From an uncultured Actinomycetes bacterium (GTDB lineage: Bacteria; Actinomycetota; Thermoleophilia; UBA2241), in the NCBI GenBank assembly GCA_963755025.1, contig CAVWIH010000025.1:1-64000 (forward strand): 64,000 bases of DNA, read 5' to 3'. Below the pieces are notes generated by a model. The model was not told where the DNA came from. It made no database searches and saw only the letters and a program-made list of their open reading frames with translations. Made by a program: the position numbers and the translations under genes. Positions 39,833-49,568 of this stretch are shown here, one piece after another. How positions within the stretch are numbered: the first letter of the stretch is position 1; every line of letters starts with the position of its first letter.

Positions 39833-41911
39833 GTGAGAACGGCGCACAGTCTGTTGCGCACCGCGGGCGAACCGCCGGTCCGGCCGCAGCACCACCGCCT
39901 GCGCTGGATCGTGCTCGGCCTGATCGTGCTGGCGGTGCCCGTCGTCGTGGCGCTGCTGGCCCTCGGCGGGTCGGCGGTGAACCTGGCCAACGGCACGCCG
40001 GCCCTGGCCAGCCTGCAGCCCCACAACGTCGCCCAGACGACCCTGATCTACGACCGCCACGGCCGCCTGATCGCCCGGCTGCACGGCGCCGTCGACCGCA
40101 TCGACGTGCCGAGCGCCGACATCCCGCGCGTGCTCAAACAGGCGACGGTCGCCGTCGAAGACCGGCGCTTCTACCAGCACCACGGCGTCGACTTTCAGGC
40201 CATCGCGCGGGCCGCCGTGGCCGACCTGCGCTCGGGGCGCACGCTGCAGGGCGGCAGCACGATCACCGAGCAGTACGTCAAGAACGCCTACCTCGACGGC
40301 GACACCACCCTCACCCGCAAGGTCCACGAGGCGATCCTCGCCTGGCAGCTCGAAGACAAGTGGTCGAAGGACCGTATTCTCACGGCCTACCTGAACACGG
40401 TGTACTACGGCGACGGCGCCTACGGCGTGCAGGCGGCCTCGCAGACCTACTTTCACAAAAGCGCGGCGCGCCTCACCCTGGCGCAGGCGGCCCTGCTCGC
40501 CGGGCTGCCCGAAGACCCCAGCGGCTACTCGCCGGTCTACGACCCGGCCGACGCGCTGGCGCGGCGCAACATCGTGCTTGAGGACATGGCCAGGCAGGGC
40601 TACATCACGGCGGCCCAGGAGCGCGGCGCAGTGAAGACCAAGCTGCGCGTGTTCCGCGCCACGCCCCCAGGGGTGCTGCCGGCGGCGGCGTACTTCGTCG
40701 ACTACGCCGAGCAGCAGCTGGTGGCGCGCTACGGCGCCCGCGAGACGCTCGAGGGCGGCCTGCGGGTCACCACGACGCTCGACCTGCGCATGCAGGGCGA
40801 CGCCCTCAAAGCCATGAAGGAGACGCTGCCCGCGGGGCCGGCCGGCGCGCTCGTGTCGATCGACCCGGCCAACGGCTTCATCCGCGCCATGACGACCACG
40901 CTCAACTGGCAGAAGGCGAAGTTCAACCTGGCCTGGCAGGCCCACCGCCAGCTCGGCTCGGCGATGAAACCCTTCGCCCTGATAGCGGCGGTCGAGGCGG
41001 GCGCGGACCCGGCGACGACGTACTACGACTCGGCGCCGCTCCACGTCTACCTGGGAGCGGGTTCGGTGCCGCCGTACTGGAACGTGAGCACCTTCTCGAA
41101 CACCTACGCCGGCCGCATCAACCTGGTGAACGCCACCTGGCAGTCCGACAACACGGTCTACGCCCAGCTCGCCCTCGACCTCGGACCCCGCAAGATCGTC
41201 GCGGTGGCGCACCGCATGGGCATCACCAGCCCGCTGAAGCCCTATCCCTCGATCGTGCTGGGCTCGGAGGTCGTGAACCCGCTCGAGGTGGCCGACGCCT
41301 ACGCTACGCTGGCCGCCCAGGGCGTGCGCCACGCGCCGCAGGCGATCGCCCGCGTGGTCTTCCCCGACGGGCGCGTGCAGCGCGCCAGGGTGCACGGCAA
41401 GCGCGCCATCCCGGCCGGCGTGGCCTACGTGGTCGAGAAGATCCTGCAGGGCAACACGCGCTACGGCACGGCGGCCGCCATGCCGAACTACTACACCGGC
41501 GTGGCGGCCGGCAAGACCGGCACCACGACCAACTCGGCCGACGCCTGGTTCTGCGGCTTCGACCCCAAGCTCGCCACCGCGGTGTGGATGGGCTATCCGC
41601 AGGCCGAAGTGCCCATGCCCGGCGTGCAGGGCGCCACCTACTGCGTGCCGATCTGGGGCAGGTACTACGAGATGGTGTTCGGCGCGCAGAGCGTCGCCGA
41701 CTTCAGGCAGCCGGCGGTCATGCCCGTCTTCCACACCTTCAACGGTCACTACGCGTCGCTCGCGCCGGCGCCGGCCCCCAGCCCGTCGACGACCACGCCG
41801 TCGGCGCCGGCGGCGCCGTCGTCGCCGACTCCGGCGAAGCCGACCCCGACCGCGCCAACGACGACGGCGCCGGCGCCGACCACTCAACCCACGGGGACGC
41901 CGGCGCCCTGA
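39833..41911 (+). CDS. Class A penicillin-binding protein (transglycosylase plus transpeptidase)
   Basis: EDRRFYQHHGVD, GGSTITEQYVKN, RKVHE, and transpeptidase motifs SAMK, SDN, KTGT. Confidence 0.95.
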   Translation: MRTAHSLLRTAGEPPVRPQHHRLRWIVLGLIVLAVPVVVALLALGGSAVNLANGTPALASLQPHNVAQTTLIYDRHGRLIARLHGAVDRIDVPSADIPRVLKQATVAVEDRRFYQHHGVDFQAIARAAVADLRSGRTLQGGSTITEQYVKNAYLDGDTTLTRKVHEAILAWQLEDKWSKDRILTAYLNTVYYGDGAYGVQAASQTYFHKSAARLTLAQAALLAGLPEDPSGYSPVYDPADALARRNIVLEDMARQGYITAAQERGAVKTKLRVFRATPPGVLPAAAYFVDYAEQQLVARYGARETLEGGLRVTTTLDLRMQGDALKAMKETLPAGPAGALVSIDPANGFIRAMTTTLNWQKAKFNLAWQAHRQLGSAMKPFALIAAVEAGADPATTYYDSAPLHVYLGAGSVPPYWNVSTFSNTYAGRINLVNATWQSDNTVYAQLALDLGPRKIVAVAHRMGITSPLKPYPSIVLGSEVVNPLEVADAYATLAAQGVRHAPQAIARVVFPDGRVQRARVHGKRAIPAGVAYVVEKILQGNTRYGTAAAMPNYYTGVAAGKTGTTTNSADAWFCGFDPKLATAVWMGYPQAEVPMPGVQGATYCVPIWGRYYEMVFGAQSVADFRQPAVMPVFHTFNGHYASLAPAPAPSPSTTTPSAPAAPSSPTPAKPTPTAPTTTAPAPTTQPTGTPAP

Positions 41912-41929
41912 AGCGCAGGCCGCCGCGCG

Positions 41930-43033
41930 TCAGACCCGGGCGGCGAGCTTTTCGACGCGGCGCACGGCCGCCCAGGCCCCCGGCAACGGCGCCGGCTGCC
42001 GGGTGCGGCTGAGGAGCACGTCGATGTCGTCGAGGCCCTCCCAGTCGGCCACCTCGACGGCGTAGCGCAGGTCGAAGACGAACTCGCCGGCGAGCTCCGC
42101 CCGCTTGGCGAGCACAGCCTGGTCTAAGCGCGCCACGATCGCCCGCCAGTCGACGCGCTCGCGATCGCTGCGCCCGAGCACCGCCAGGGCGACGAACTCG
42201 GCGCCGCCGAGGCGCGCGACCACGTCGGAGTCGCGAAACGTGAAGCGCAACACGTCGGCCGCCGCCAGCACGAGGGCGTCGGCCGCGGCGTGGCCCGACC
42301 GGTCGTTCACGCTCTGCAGGCCGGTGAGCTCGGCGTGCAGCACGAGCACCTGCGCGCCCAGCCGACGGGCCCGCTGGCGCGCCTCGCCGACCGCGGCGAA
42401 GAAGGCGCCCCGGGTGAGCAGGCCGGTGAGCTCGTCGGCGTGCGCCCTGTCGCGCGAGACCTGGGCGAGCTCGCGACGAGCCGACAGGTCGCGGGCGACG
42501 ACCAGGCAAAGGCGCGAGGGCGGCGCGCCGGCGCGGCGCAGCGAGACCTCGACCGGCAGGCGGTGGCCGTCGCTCGTCAGCCAGCTGCTTTCGAAGGCGA
42601 GGCTTTCGGCCTGGTCGAGCGCGCGCATGCGTTGCGCGACCGAGCGCCGCACTTCGGGCGCGTAGAGCTCGTCCCAGGTCATGCCCAGCAGCGCGGAGCG
42701 CGGATAGCCCAGCGACATGCAGGCCGCCTCGTTGACCGCGACCAGGGGGCCGGCGTGGTCGTCGGTGGACAGCTCGAAGGTGCAGACGATGTCGCCGCGC
42801 GCTTCGAAGAGGGCGGCGTAGCGCTGCTCGCACGCCGTCCGGGCGCTGCGCTCGGCGGCCAGCCGCAGGCCGGCGCGCCGCCAGGCGCTCCACGCGGCGG
42901 CCGTAGCCGCCGCCAGCAGGGCCACCGCGGCGCCGCTCACGACCGGCCTGGCCGCGGCGCCGGGCAGCACGAGCGCCGCGGCGGCGCAGGCCGCCGCGCA
43001 GCTCACGAGCGTAGGCGCGATCAAGCGTCTCAT
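41930..43033 (-). CDS. Membrane PAS plus degenerate GGDEF (GGAEF) protein
   Basis: Two TM helices, PAS (VNEAACMSLGY), DELTGLLTR, VVARLGGAEF. Confidence 0.85.
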   Translation of the reverse strand: MRRLIAPTLVSCAAACAAAALVLPGAAARPVVSGAAVALLAAATAAAWSAWRRAGLRLAAERSARTACEQRYAALFEARGDIVCTFELSTDDHAGPLVAVNEAACMSLGYPRSALLGMTWDELYAPEVRRSVAQRMRALDQAESLAFESSWLTSDGHRLPVEVSLRRAGAPPSRLCLVVARDLSARRELAQVSRDRAHADELTGLLTRGAFFAAVGEARQRARRLGAQVLVLHAELTGLQSVNDRSGHAAADALVLAAADVLRFTFRDSDVVARLGGAEFVALAVLGRSDRERVDWRAIVARLDQAVLAKRAELAGEFVFDLRYAVEVADWEGLDDIDVLLSRTRQPAPLPGAWAAVRRVEKLAARV

Positions 43034-43121
43034 GGCCTGCCCTGCCGCGGGTCGTTTGCTACAACGAGGAGGCGCGCGGGCCGCAGCAGAGCCGGGCGCC
43101 CGCACCTTCTGCTACCCCATA

Positions 43122-43149
43122 AAGTCGACCGGCCGTTCGCCGGTCTTGA
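43122..43149 (-). promoter_or_regulatory. Possible sigma28/WhiG-type promoter
   Basis: Minus strand TCAA-N16-GTCGACTT, compared with consensus TAAA-N15/16-GCCGATAA. Confidence 0.4.
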
Positions 43150-43309
43150 ATTTGGACGCTCCGCGGGGACCGTCACCGGGCGGCCGGCGTGGGCGCCGGC
43201 GCAAACGCGAGACGGGCTGCAGGTCGGCCGATGTGGGCGCCGGCGTGGGCGCAAGACGGGTCAGGGTAGCCGGCGCAGGCGCCGGCGCCCCCGCGGGACG
43301 GGCAGTGGG

Positions 43310-44586
43310 TCAGCCGGAATGGGCGCGCGGGCGGGCGTGTTCGACTTCGACGCGGTTCTTGCCCCGGCGCTTGGCGCGGTAGAGCGCGGCGTCGGCCTGG
43401 TCGACCAGCGCGTCGGCGGTGGTGGCGTGCTCGGGCAGGCTGGCGACACCGACGCTCACCGTGATCACGGGAGGCTGCTCGGTGGTGCCGAACGTCTGGC
43501 CGGCGACGCTGCTGCGGATACGTTCGCCGACCGCGTGCGCGGCGCCGCTGTCGCCGCCGAAGGCGGCGTCGGCGGCGCGCTCGTCGGCGCCGGGTCGGGC
43601 GCGCCGGCGGCGCGCTCGTCGGCGCGCGGGTCGGCCGCGCCGGCGTCGCTCTGCCGGCCGCGGTCGGGAGCGTTGTCGCCCGCGAGGCCGCTGTCGTTGA
43701 TGGCGTCGCGCAGGCGTTCGCCGGCGCGAGCCGCTCCGGCCACCCCCGTGCTCGGCAGGATCACGGCGAACTCTTCGCCGCCGTAGCGGGCGACCAGGTC
43801 GATCTGCTGGCGCGTCTGCGACCTGAGCACCACGCCGAGCTGGCGCAGCAGGGCGTCGCCGGCGCGGTGACCGGCGCGATCGTTGTAGGCCTTGAAGTCG
43901 TCGATGTCGATCATGAGCAGCGAGAGCGGCAGGTCGTAGCGCTGCGCCCGGGCCACCTCTTGGGCGAGGCGGTCGTAGAAGTAGCGGTGGTTGTAGAGCC
44001 CGGTGAGGCCGTCGGTGATGGCCAGGTGCTCGACGTCGCCGTAGAGGCGCGCGTTCTGGATGGCGACGGCGGCCAGGGCGGCCATGGTCACGGCCAGCTC
44101 GCGTTCTTCGGTGCCGAAGTGCCGCGCGTAGCGCTTTTCGACGAGCTCGAGGCAGCCGATCGCCTCGTCTTTGAAGACGAGCGGCACGAGCAGGCAGCTC
44201 TGTTCGTTCCAGAACTCCATGCGCCGCCGCTCGACGTCGGGCAGCTCGGGGTCGTCGAGGCGGTTCTCGATCATGTGGCAGTCGCCCAGGGCCCGGGCGA
44301 ACGAGGGCTGTTCGGCCAGCGTATGGGTGGAGCCGACCCAGTCGCCGTCGGCGGGATGAGGCTCGCGCGCCCACAGGGCGAGGGCGGCGGTGCACTGCTC
44401 GCCGGCGCGGTAGTCGTAGATGTCGCATTCCCAGAGGTCGAGGACCTCGGCCGTGCGCCGCGCCACGCTGGCCAGGACGTCGTCGAGCACAAGGCTTGAC
44501 GTGATGTCCGAGATGATCTCGGCGGTCACCGTGAAACGCCCTCGATCAGGCACTGGCCCCCCTTCCGCCCCCGCGGTTCTGCTCAT
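43310..44586 (-). CDS. GAF plus GGDEF diguanylate cyclase, frameshift near 43580
   Basis: TDGLTGLYNHR, DIDDFKAYND, ARYGGEEF, then TVSVGVA...ADAALYRAKRRGKNRV. Confidence 0.9.
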
Positions 44587-44691
44587 CTTATCCCCTTCAT
44601 AGGTAGCGCACCACGATTTGGGGCAAATGTCCACCGTAAGGGCCCACGGACGGGGTATATCAGGGGCAACGAAGAGATCGAGGAGGCCGCC

Positions 44692-44949
44692 ACGGCGACA
44701 ACACCCACAGTCATCGTCTACTCGCTCACCACCTGCGGGTGGTGCGCCAAGACCAAGGCGTTCTTTCGGGCGCGCGGCATCGACCCGTTCGTCATCGAGT
44801 TCGACATGGCCGGGCCCGACCTGCAGGCCAAGATCTCGGCCGAGATGAGAGAGCACGGCGCCACCGGGTTCCCGTTCGTGAAGATCGGCCGCCACGTCGT
44901 GCCGGGCTACAGCCCGCAGGACTACGAGAGGCTCCTCAAGGCGGCCTGA
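44692..44949 (+). CDS. Glutaredoxin/NrdH-like redoxin (CGWC) with ACG in the start position, not in the ORF track
   Basis: AGGAGG-N5-ACG, then ATTPTVIVYSLTTCGWCAKTKAFF...GFPFVKIGRHVVPGYS...KAA*. The frame is 86 codons and intact. Confidence 0.85.
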   Translation, partial: TATTPTVIVYSLTTCGWCAKTKAFFRARGIDPFVIEFDMAGPDLQAKISAEMREHGATGFPFVKIGRHVVPGYSPQDYERLLKAA

Positions 44950-45006
44950 AGGGCGCGGCGCCGCGCCTACAGGGCGGCCTGAAGGGCGCGCCGCAGCGCC
45001 TACAGG
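44940..45006. repeat. ~33-bp tandem duplication spanning the stop codons of two convergent genes
   Basis: ggcggcctgaagggcgcg...gcgcctacagg occurs twice. Confidence 0.65.
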
Positions 45007-45788
45007 CCGAGCAGCTCCGGCACGTCGCAGATCGAGCCGACCACGTGGTCGGGCGTACCGGCGGCGCACTCCAGGGTCTCGGGGCGGAACTTGCCCGTGC
45101 GCACCAGCACGCCGCCGATGCCCGCCGCCTGGGCGGCGAGCACGTCGCTCACGATGTCGTCGCCCACCATCGCCACGCGGCCGGCCGGCAGCCCCAGAGC
45201 GGCGAGTCCGGCGCGAAAAAACCCGGGCGAGGGCTTGCCGGTGACCACGGCTTCGCGGCCCAGCGCGCACTCGAGCCCGGCCACGTAGGCGCCCGAGTCG
45301 AGGCACATGCCGTCGGCCGTGAGCCAGGCGTACGTGTGGTGCATGGCCACGAGCTCGGCGCCACCCAGCAGCGCCCGGTAGACGCGGTTGAACGTCTCGA
45401 AGGTGAACGACGCGTCGGCGCCCGAGACGAGCACGACCTCGGGCTCGTCGTCCAGTCCGACGAGCCGCACGCCGGCAAGGTCGTCGGCCTGGGCGTCGCC
45501 CAGCAGGAACACGCGCTTGCCGGCCCGCGTGGTGCGCAGGAGCTCTCCGGCCGCGCCCGCCGCGCTCAGCACCTCGTCGTCGGCCACGTCGAAGCCGCTG
45601 CCGCGCAGCCCGGCGGCGAGCGTCGCCCGGCTGCGCCCGGTGGTGTTGGTCAGCACGCGTAGCGGCAGGCCGGCGGCACGCAGCCGCGCGAACGCCGCCA
45701 CCGCCCCGGGCAGGGGCTCCCACGACACGGTGAGCACACCGTCCATGTCGAGCAGCAGTCCGTCGAACGTCGTCATCCTGCGCCTCAT
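45000..45788 (-). CDS. HAD-IIA hydrolase (LHPP/NagD-like)
   Basis: LLDMDGVL, LTNTT, GKPSP, MVGDDIVSDV, LVRTGKF. Confidence 0.92.
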   Translation of the reverse strand: MRRRMTTFDGLLLDMDGVLTVSWEPLPGAVAAFARLRAAGLPLRVLTNTTGRSRATLAAGLRGSGFDVADDEVLSAAGAAGELLRTTRAGKRVFLLGDAQADDLAGVRLVGLDDEPEVVLVSGADASFTFETFNRVYRALLGGAELVAMHHTYAWLTADGMCLDSGAYVAGLECALGREAVVTGKPSPGFFRAGLAALGLPAGRVAMVGDDIVSDVLAAQAAGIGGVLVRTGKFRPETLECAAGTPDHVVGSICDVPELLGL

Positions 45789-45789
45789 C

Positions 45790-46500
45790 CTAACCGCTTG
45801 GGGGGCCGTCGTCCCGCCGCTCGTCGTCGCGCTCGCCGTCGTCGCGCTCGGCGCGCGAGCGGCGCACGGCCCGGCGACGCAGGCGCCGCCAGAGCAGCAC
45901 CGCCGCGGCCAGCACGACCACGCCGAGCACGGCCACGCCGGCCAGGCTGATGTCGTCGGCGAGCGCGTCGAGGTTGCGCACGAAGAACGCGGCCAGCAGG
46001 GTCACGACGGTCGACCACACCACGCAGGCCAGGGCGTTGATCACGAAGAAGCGCCGCCACGGCACATGCGAGCCGCCCGCCGACCACGCCGCCAGGCCGC
46101 GCACCGGCGAGAGCTGACGCGCGATGGCCACGGTCCAGCCGCCGTGACGGTGGTAGTAGGAGTCCATGCGCTCGAGGTAGCGGCTCGGCACGTGCAGGAC
46201 GTGCATCAGCCGTTCGACCACGGGGCGTCCGGCGGTGCGCCCGAAGAGGTAGCCGAAGTTGTCGCCGCTGATCGCCGCGGCGGCGCCGACCACGATCACC
46301 CAGTAGAGGGTGAACACGCCGCGTTGGGCCTCGTAGGCGCCGACCAGCAGGCTCACCTCGCCGGGCAGCGGAAAGGCAAAGCTCTCAGAGGCGATCAGCA
46401 CGAAGAGGATGATGTAGCCGTGACGGCCGACCTGGTCGGCCACCTCGCGCAGCACCCCGTGCAGGGCCACGAGCACCACGACGTGCGTGAAGGCCATCAC
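45790..46500 (-). CDS. dedA: DedA-family membrane protein
   Basis: ES...PLPGE...AISGDNFGYLFGR...ARQLSPVR...FFVINAL. Confidence 0.9.
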   Translation of the reverse strand: MMAFTHVVVLVALHGVLREVADQVGRHGYIILFVLIASESFAFPLPGEVSLLVGAYEAQRGVFTLYWVIVVGAAAAISGDNFGYLFGRTAGRPVVERLMHVLHVPSRYLERMDSYYHRHGGWTVAIARQLSPVRGLAAWSAGGSHVPWRRFFVINALACVVWSTVVTLLAAFFVRNLDALADDISLAGVAVLGVVVLAAAVLLWRRLRRRAVRRSRAERDDGERDDERRDDGPPSG

Positions 46501-46602
46501 TGTGGGCGCCGTCCTTTCACGCGACAGTTCTTACCCGGCGCGGGGTCGCCGGCGTCGGCGGACTCTGCAGAGGCTCCGGCCGAGCGCGCCCGGCGCGGCG
46601 CC

Positions 46603-48225
46603 TCAGCGGACCAGCAGCGAGGTGCTCGGCGCGACCGAGCCGGGGTTACCGGCCGCGTCGACCACCGAGACCGTGACGCGGTAGGCGCCCTTGGCCAGCC
46701 GGCAGGTGAAGCTGTACGCGAGGGGCGCGCCCACCCTGCGACCGGGCGCCACGACCTTCTTGACCAGCCGGCCGCGGTCGTCGCGGAAGCGCAGCGTCAC
46801 CGTGACGGTCGGGCTGCCCGGGCGCGGGTCGGTGACGCGAAAGCCCACCTTCGCGCGCCCGCCCCTGGCCACCGCGGCCGGCGGCGTGACGACGGGTACC
46901 GGGGCCTGCGTGTCGATGTGCACCGTGCAGGTGCGTTTCTGTTCGACGTTGCCGGCCCTGTCGGCCGAGCGATACCACACGACCGTGGCGCCGTCGGCCG
47001 AATGGTCGCTCGGGGCGGCCACGGTGAGCGAGCGGCCCTTCGTCCAGGTCGTCCCGCCGTCGAGCGAGTACTGGGTGTAGGCCACCCCGGTGCCGCCGGG
47101 GTCGTCGGTCGCCTTGAAGACGAGCGTGACCGCACTGTCGTGCCAGCCGGCGGCGCCGGAGACCGTCGTCGTCGGGCGCCTGAAGTCGGTGTTCACCGAG
47201 AACGTGGCGCCGTCGGAGCCGAGGGCCGAGGTGGCCGCCACGACCTTGCCGGTGTCGGCCGAGACCATGCCGATCCGGGCCCAGTCGAAGGCGGAGATGG
47301 GCTGGCCGTCGAAGGCGCAGTCGCGGAAGGTGGCCAGGCCGAACCGGGCGAGCGGCAGGATGGAGCTGTCGGCCAGCGACGGGGCCTCGGCGACGGCCTC
47401 GGCCGACGAGCGCGCGGCGACCAGGGGCAGGCTGCCTGCGGCGACGAAGGTCGTGAACGTCTTGCCGGTCGTGTGGTTGACGAGCGTCAGGGTGAAGCCC
47501 GCGACGCGGGCGCCGGCCGGGGTCCACACCACGGCGCCGCTCAGGTGGTCGCCGGCGTGGACCGCCAGCTTCTTGGCGCTGATGAACCGCGCCGGCGCCG
47601 GATACAGCTCGTACCAGGCGTCGTAGAAGACGTGGCCCGCGAGCGTGAAGCCCTCGGTGCCGATCTGCTCGACGGTCTGCGGCGGGTCCTGCACCGGGTC
47701 TTGCGTGTCGCCGTCGAGTCCCACCCAGAAGGCGGCGTCGGTGTAGTCGGAGCTCGGCCGCACGCGCGGCTGCGTCCAGTCGGCGGCGGCGCTGGTGAAG
47801 GGGCCGCCGGTCGTCACGTCGTACCCCGCCCAGTTGGGCGACTGCCCGCGACTGCCCAGCAACGGGCCCGGTTGGCCCAGCGGCGCGACGACGAGCAGCG
47901 GCCGGCGGGTGGCGGCCGGCGCCGCGCGACCGTTGCCGGTCGCGCTCGGCCGGCCGGCGCCGGCCGCCGGGCGCGCCGCGGCGGCGGCGGGCAGCACGCA
48001 CAGGGCGGCGACCGCGAGCGAGAGCGCGACCAACGCGGTCGCCGCGACCGGCGCGCGGCCACGCGCCGCGCCGTCGCGCGCCGGCGTCGTGCCGCGCAGC
48101 GGCATCGCGCCGGCCGGCGCCTTGTCTGAGCCTCTCACCCACCCTCCAGACGTCGTGACTGCGCCGATTGTAGCCGCCGTCGCGACGGCGCGACAGCCGG
48201 GACGCGTTGACCCGCGACGGCGCAA
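46603..48225 (-). CDS. Secreted G1 (eqolisin) glutamic peptidase with C-terminal Ig-like module, start uncertain
   Basis: SPNWAGY, WVGLDG, EQIGT (catalytic Gln), AWYELYP and SAEAVAEAP (catalytic Glu). Confidence 0.88.
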   Translation of the reverse strand: MRRRGSTRPGCRAVATAATIGAVTTSGGWVRGSDKAPAGAMPLRGTTPARDGAARGRAPVAATALVALSLAVAALCVLPAAAAARPAAGAGRPSATGNGRAAPAATRRPLLVVAPLGQPGPLLGSRGQSPNWAGYDVTTGGPFTSAAADWTQPRVRPSSDYTDAAFWVGLDGDTQDPVQDPPQTVEQIGTEGFTLAGHVFYDAWYELYPAPARFISAKKLAVHAGDHLSGAVVWTPAGARVAGFTLTLVNHTTGKTFTTFVAAGSLPLVAARSSAEAVAEAPSLADSSILPLARFGLATFRDCAFDGQPISAFDWARIGMVSADTGKVVAATSALGSDGATFSVNTDFRRPTTTVSGAAGWHDSAVTLVFKATDDPGGTGVAYTQYSLDGGTTWTKGRSLTVAAPSDHSADGATVVWYRSADRAGNVEQKRTCTVHIDTQAPVPVVTPPAAVARGGRAKVGFRVTDPRPGSPTVTVTLRFRDDRGRLVKKVVAPGRRVGAPLAYSFTCRLAKGAYRVTVSVVDAAGNPGSVAPSTSLLVR

Positions 48226-48280
48226 CGCGGGGCCGCGTTGACCCCGCGACGCCGCGACAGCGGGGCGCGTCGACCCCGCG
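48181..48280. repeat. Three degenerate ~32-bp tandem repeats
   Basis: cgcgacg(g/c)cgc..........cgcgt(t/c)gacc, repeated three times. Confidence 0.6.
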
Positions 48281-48285
48281 GCGCC

Positions 48286-48340
48286 TCACAGAGAACTCCC
48301 AGCGAGGGCTCAGTCGGGCGTAAGGGCGCGTGGATACCTT
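48286..48340 (+). promoter_or_regulatory. Four 11-bp-phased MprA-like boxes plus -10, probably leaderless
   Basis: TCACAG-N5-TCCCAG-N5-GCTCAG-N5-CGTAAG-N10-TACCTT, with ATG 6 nt later. Confidence 0.7.
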
Positions 48341-48346
48341 GGGGCC

Positions 48347-49555
48347 ATGGCTACGGCGACCTCACCCCACACGATCCTCGCGCCCCCCGCGGCGGCGCCG
48401 GCCGCGGCGCCCCAGGTGGAGTTCGTCGTGCCCGTCTACAACGAGGAGCACGACCTCGCTCCCAGCGTCGTGCGCCTGCACGCCTACCTGAGCGAGCACC
48501 TGCCGTTCACGTTCCGCCTGACGATCGCCGACAACGCCAGCGTCGATCAGACCTGGCCCATCGCCCAGTGGCTGGCCCGGACGCTGCCCGGCGTGCGCGC
48601 CGTGCACTTAGACGAGAAGGGCCGCGGCCGCGCCCTGCGCGCCGTCTGGCAGGCGAGCGACGCGGCCGTGCTCGCCTACATGGACGTCGACCTCTCGACC
48701 GACCTCGCCGCCGTGCTGCCCCTGGTCGCACCGCTGCTGTCGGGACACTCCGACCTTGCCATCGGCAGCCGCCTCGCGCGCGGCGCAGTGGTGACCCGCG
48801 GCGCCAGGCGCGAGCTCATCTCACGCTGCTACAACCTGCTGGTGCGCGCCGCCCTGGGCGCGCGCTTCTCGGACGCCCAGTGCGGCTTCAAGGCGATCCG
48901 CTCAGACCGGGCTCGCGAGCTCCTGCCGCTGGTCGAAGACACCGGCTGGTTCTTCGACACCGAACTGCTCGTGCTCGCCGAACGCTCGGGCCTGCGCATT
49001 CACGAAGTGCCGGTCGACTGGCTCGACGACCCCGACTCGCGGGTCGCCGTCGCAGCGACCGCGCTGGCCGACCTGAAGGGTATCGCGCGCCTCTCGCGCG
49101 CCCTGTCCCGCGGCCGGCTCGCGCTGCCGGGCGGACGTCAACGCCCCGCGACCGGCCTGCCCGGACAGCTGCTGCGCTTCGCTCTGATCGGCGTGGCCAG
49201 CACCCTCGCCTACCTCGCGCTGTACCTGCTCGGCCGCGACGTCATGTCGGCCCAGTGGGCCAACGCCCTGTCGCTGCTGGTGACGGCTGTCGCCAACACC
49301 GCCGCCAACCGCCGGCTCACCTTCGGCGTGCGCGGCGCCGCCGGACGCCTGCGCCACCAGAGCCAGGGCCTCGTCGTCTTCGCCCTGGGCCTGGCGGTGA
49401 CCAGCGGCAGCCTGTTCGCGCTGCACCGCTCCGACCCGCACGCGTCGCGCGCCGTCGAGCTCGCCGTGCTGCTCGCGGCCAACGTGGTCGCCACGCTGCT
49501 GCGCTTCGGCCTGTTCCGTAGCTGGCTCTTCCCCACCGAGCCGCCCGTCCGATGA
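48347..49555 (+). CDS. Polyprenol-phosphate glycosyltransferase (GT2) fused to GtrA flippase
   Basis: VVPVYNEE, IADNAS, YMDVDLS, DAQCGFK, then GtrA segment LLRFALIG...NRRLTF. Confidence 0.93.
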   Translation: MATATSPHTILAPPAAAPAAAPQVEFVVPVYNEEHDLAPSVVRLHAYLSEHLPFTFRLTIADNASVDQTWPIAQWLARTLPGVRAVHLDEKGRGRALRAVWQASDAAVLAYMDVDLSTDLAAVLPLVAPLLSGHSDLAIGSRLARGAVVTRGARRELISRCYNLLVRAALGARFSDAQCGFKAIRSDRARELLPLVEDTGWFFDTELLVLAERSGLRIHEVPVDWLDDPDSRVAVAATALADLKGIARLSRALSRGRLALPGGRQRPATGLPGQLLRFALIGVASTLAYLALYLLGRDVMSAQWANALSLLVTAVANTAANRRLTFGVRGAAGRLRHQSQGLVVFALGLAVTSGSLFALHRSDPHASRAVELAVLLAANVVATLLRFGLFRSWLFPTEPPVR

Positions 49556-49568
49556 GAGGACTCGAGTC

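Noticed and set aside
37745-41887. 1380-aa minus-strand ORF, and similar long ORFs at 25056-27389, 45388-48129 and 56665-59796
   Set aside because: These are antisense or off-frame shadows of real genes in stop-poor GC-rich DNA. They are Arg/Gly/Ala-rich and have no motifs.
43465-45723. 752-aa ORF extending the cyclase upstream
   Set aside because: The upstream part overlaps the HAD gene off-frame and the glutaredoxin antisense. The real start is the ATG at 44586.
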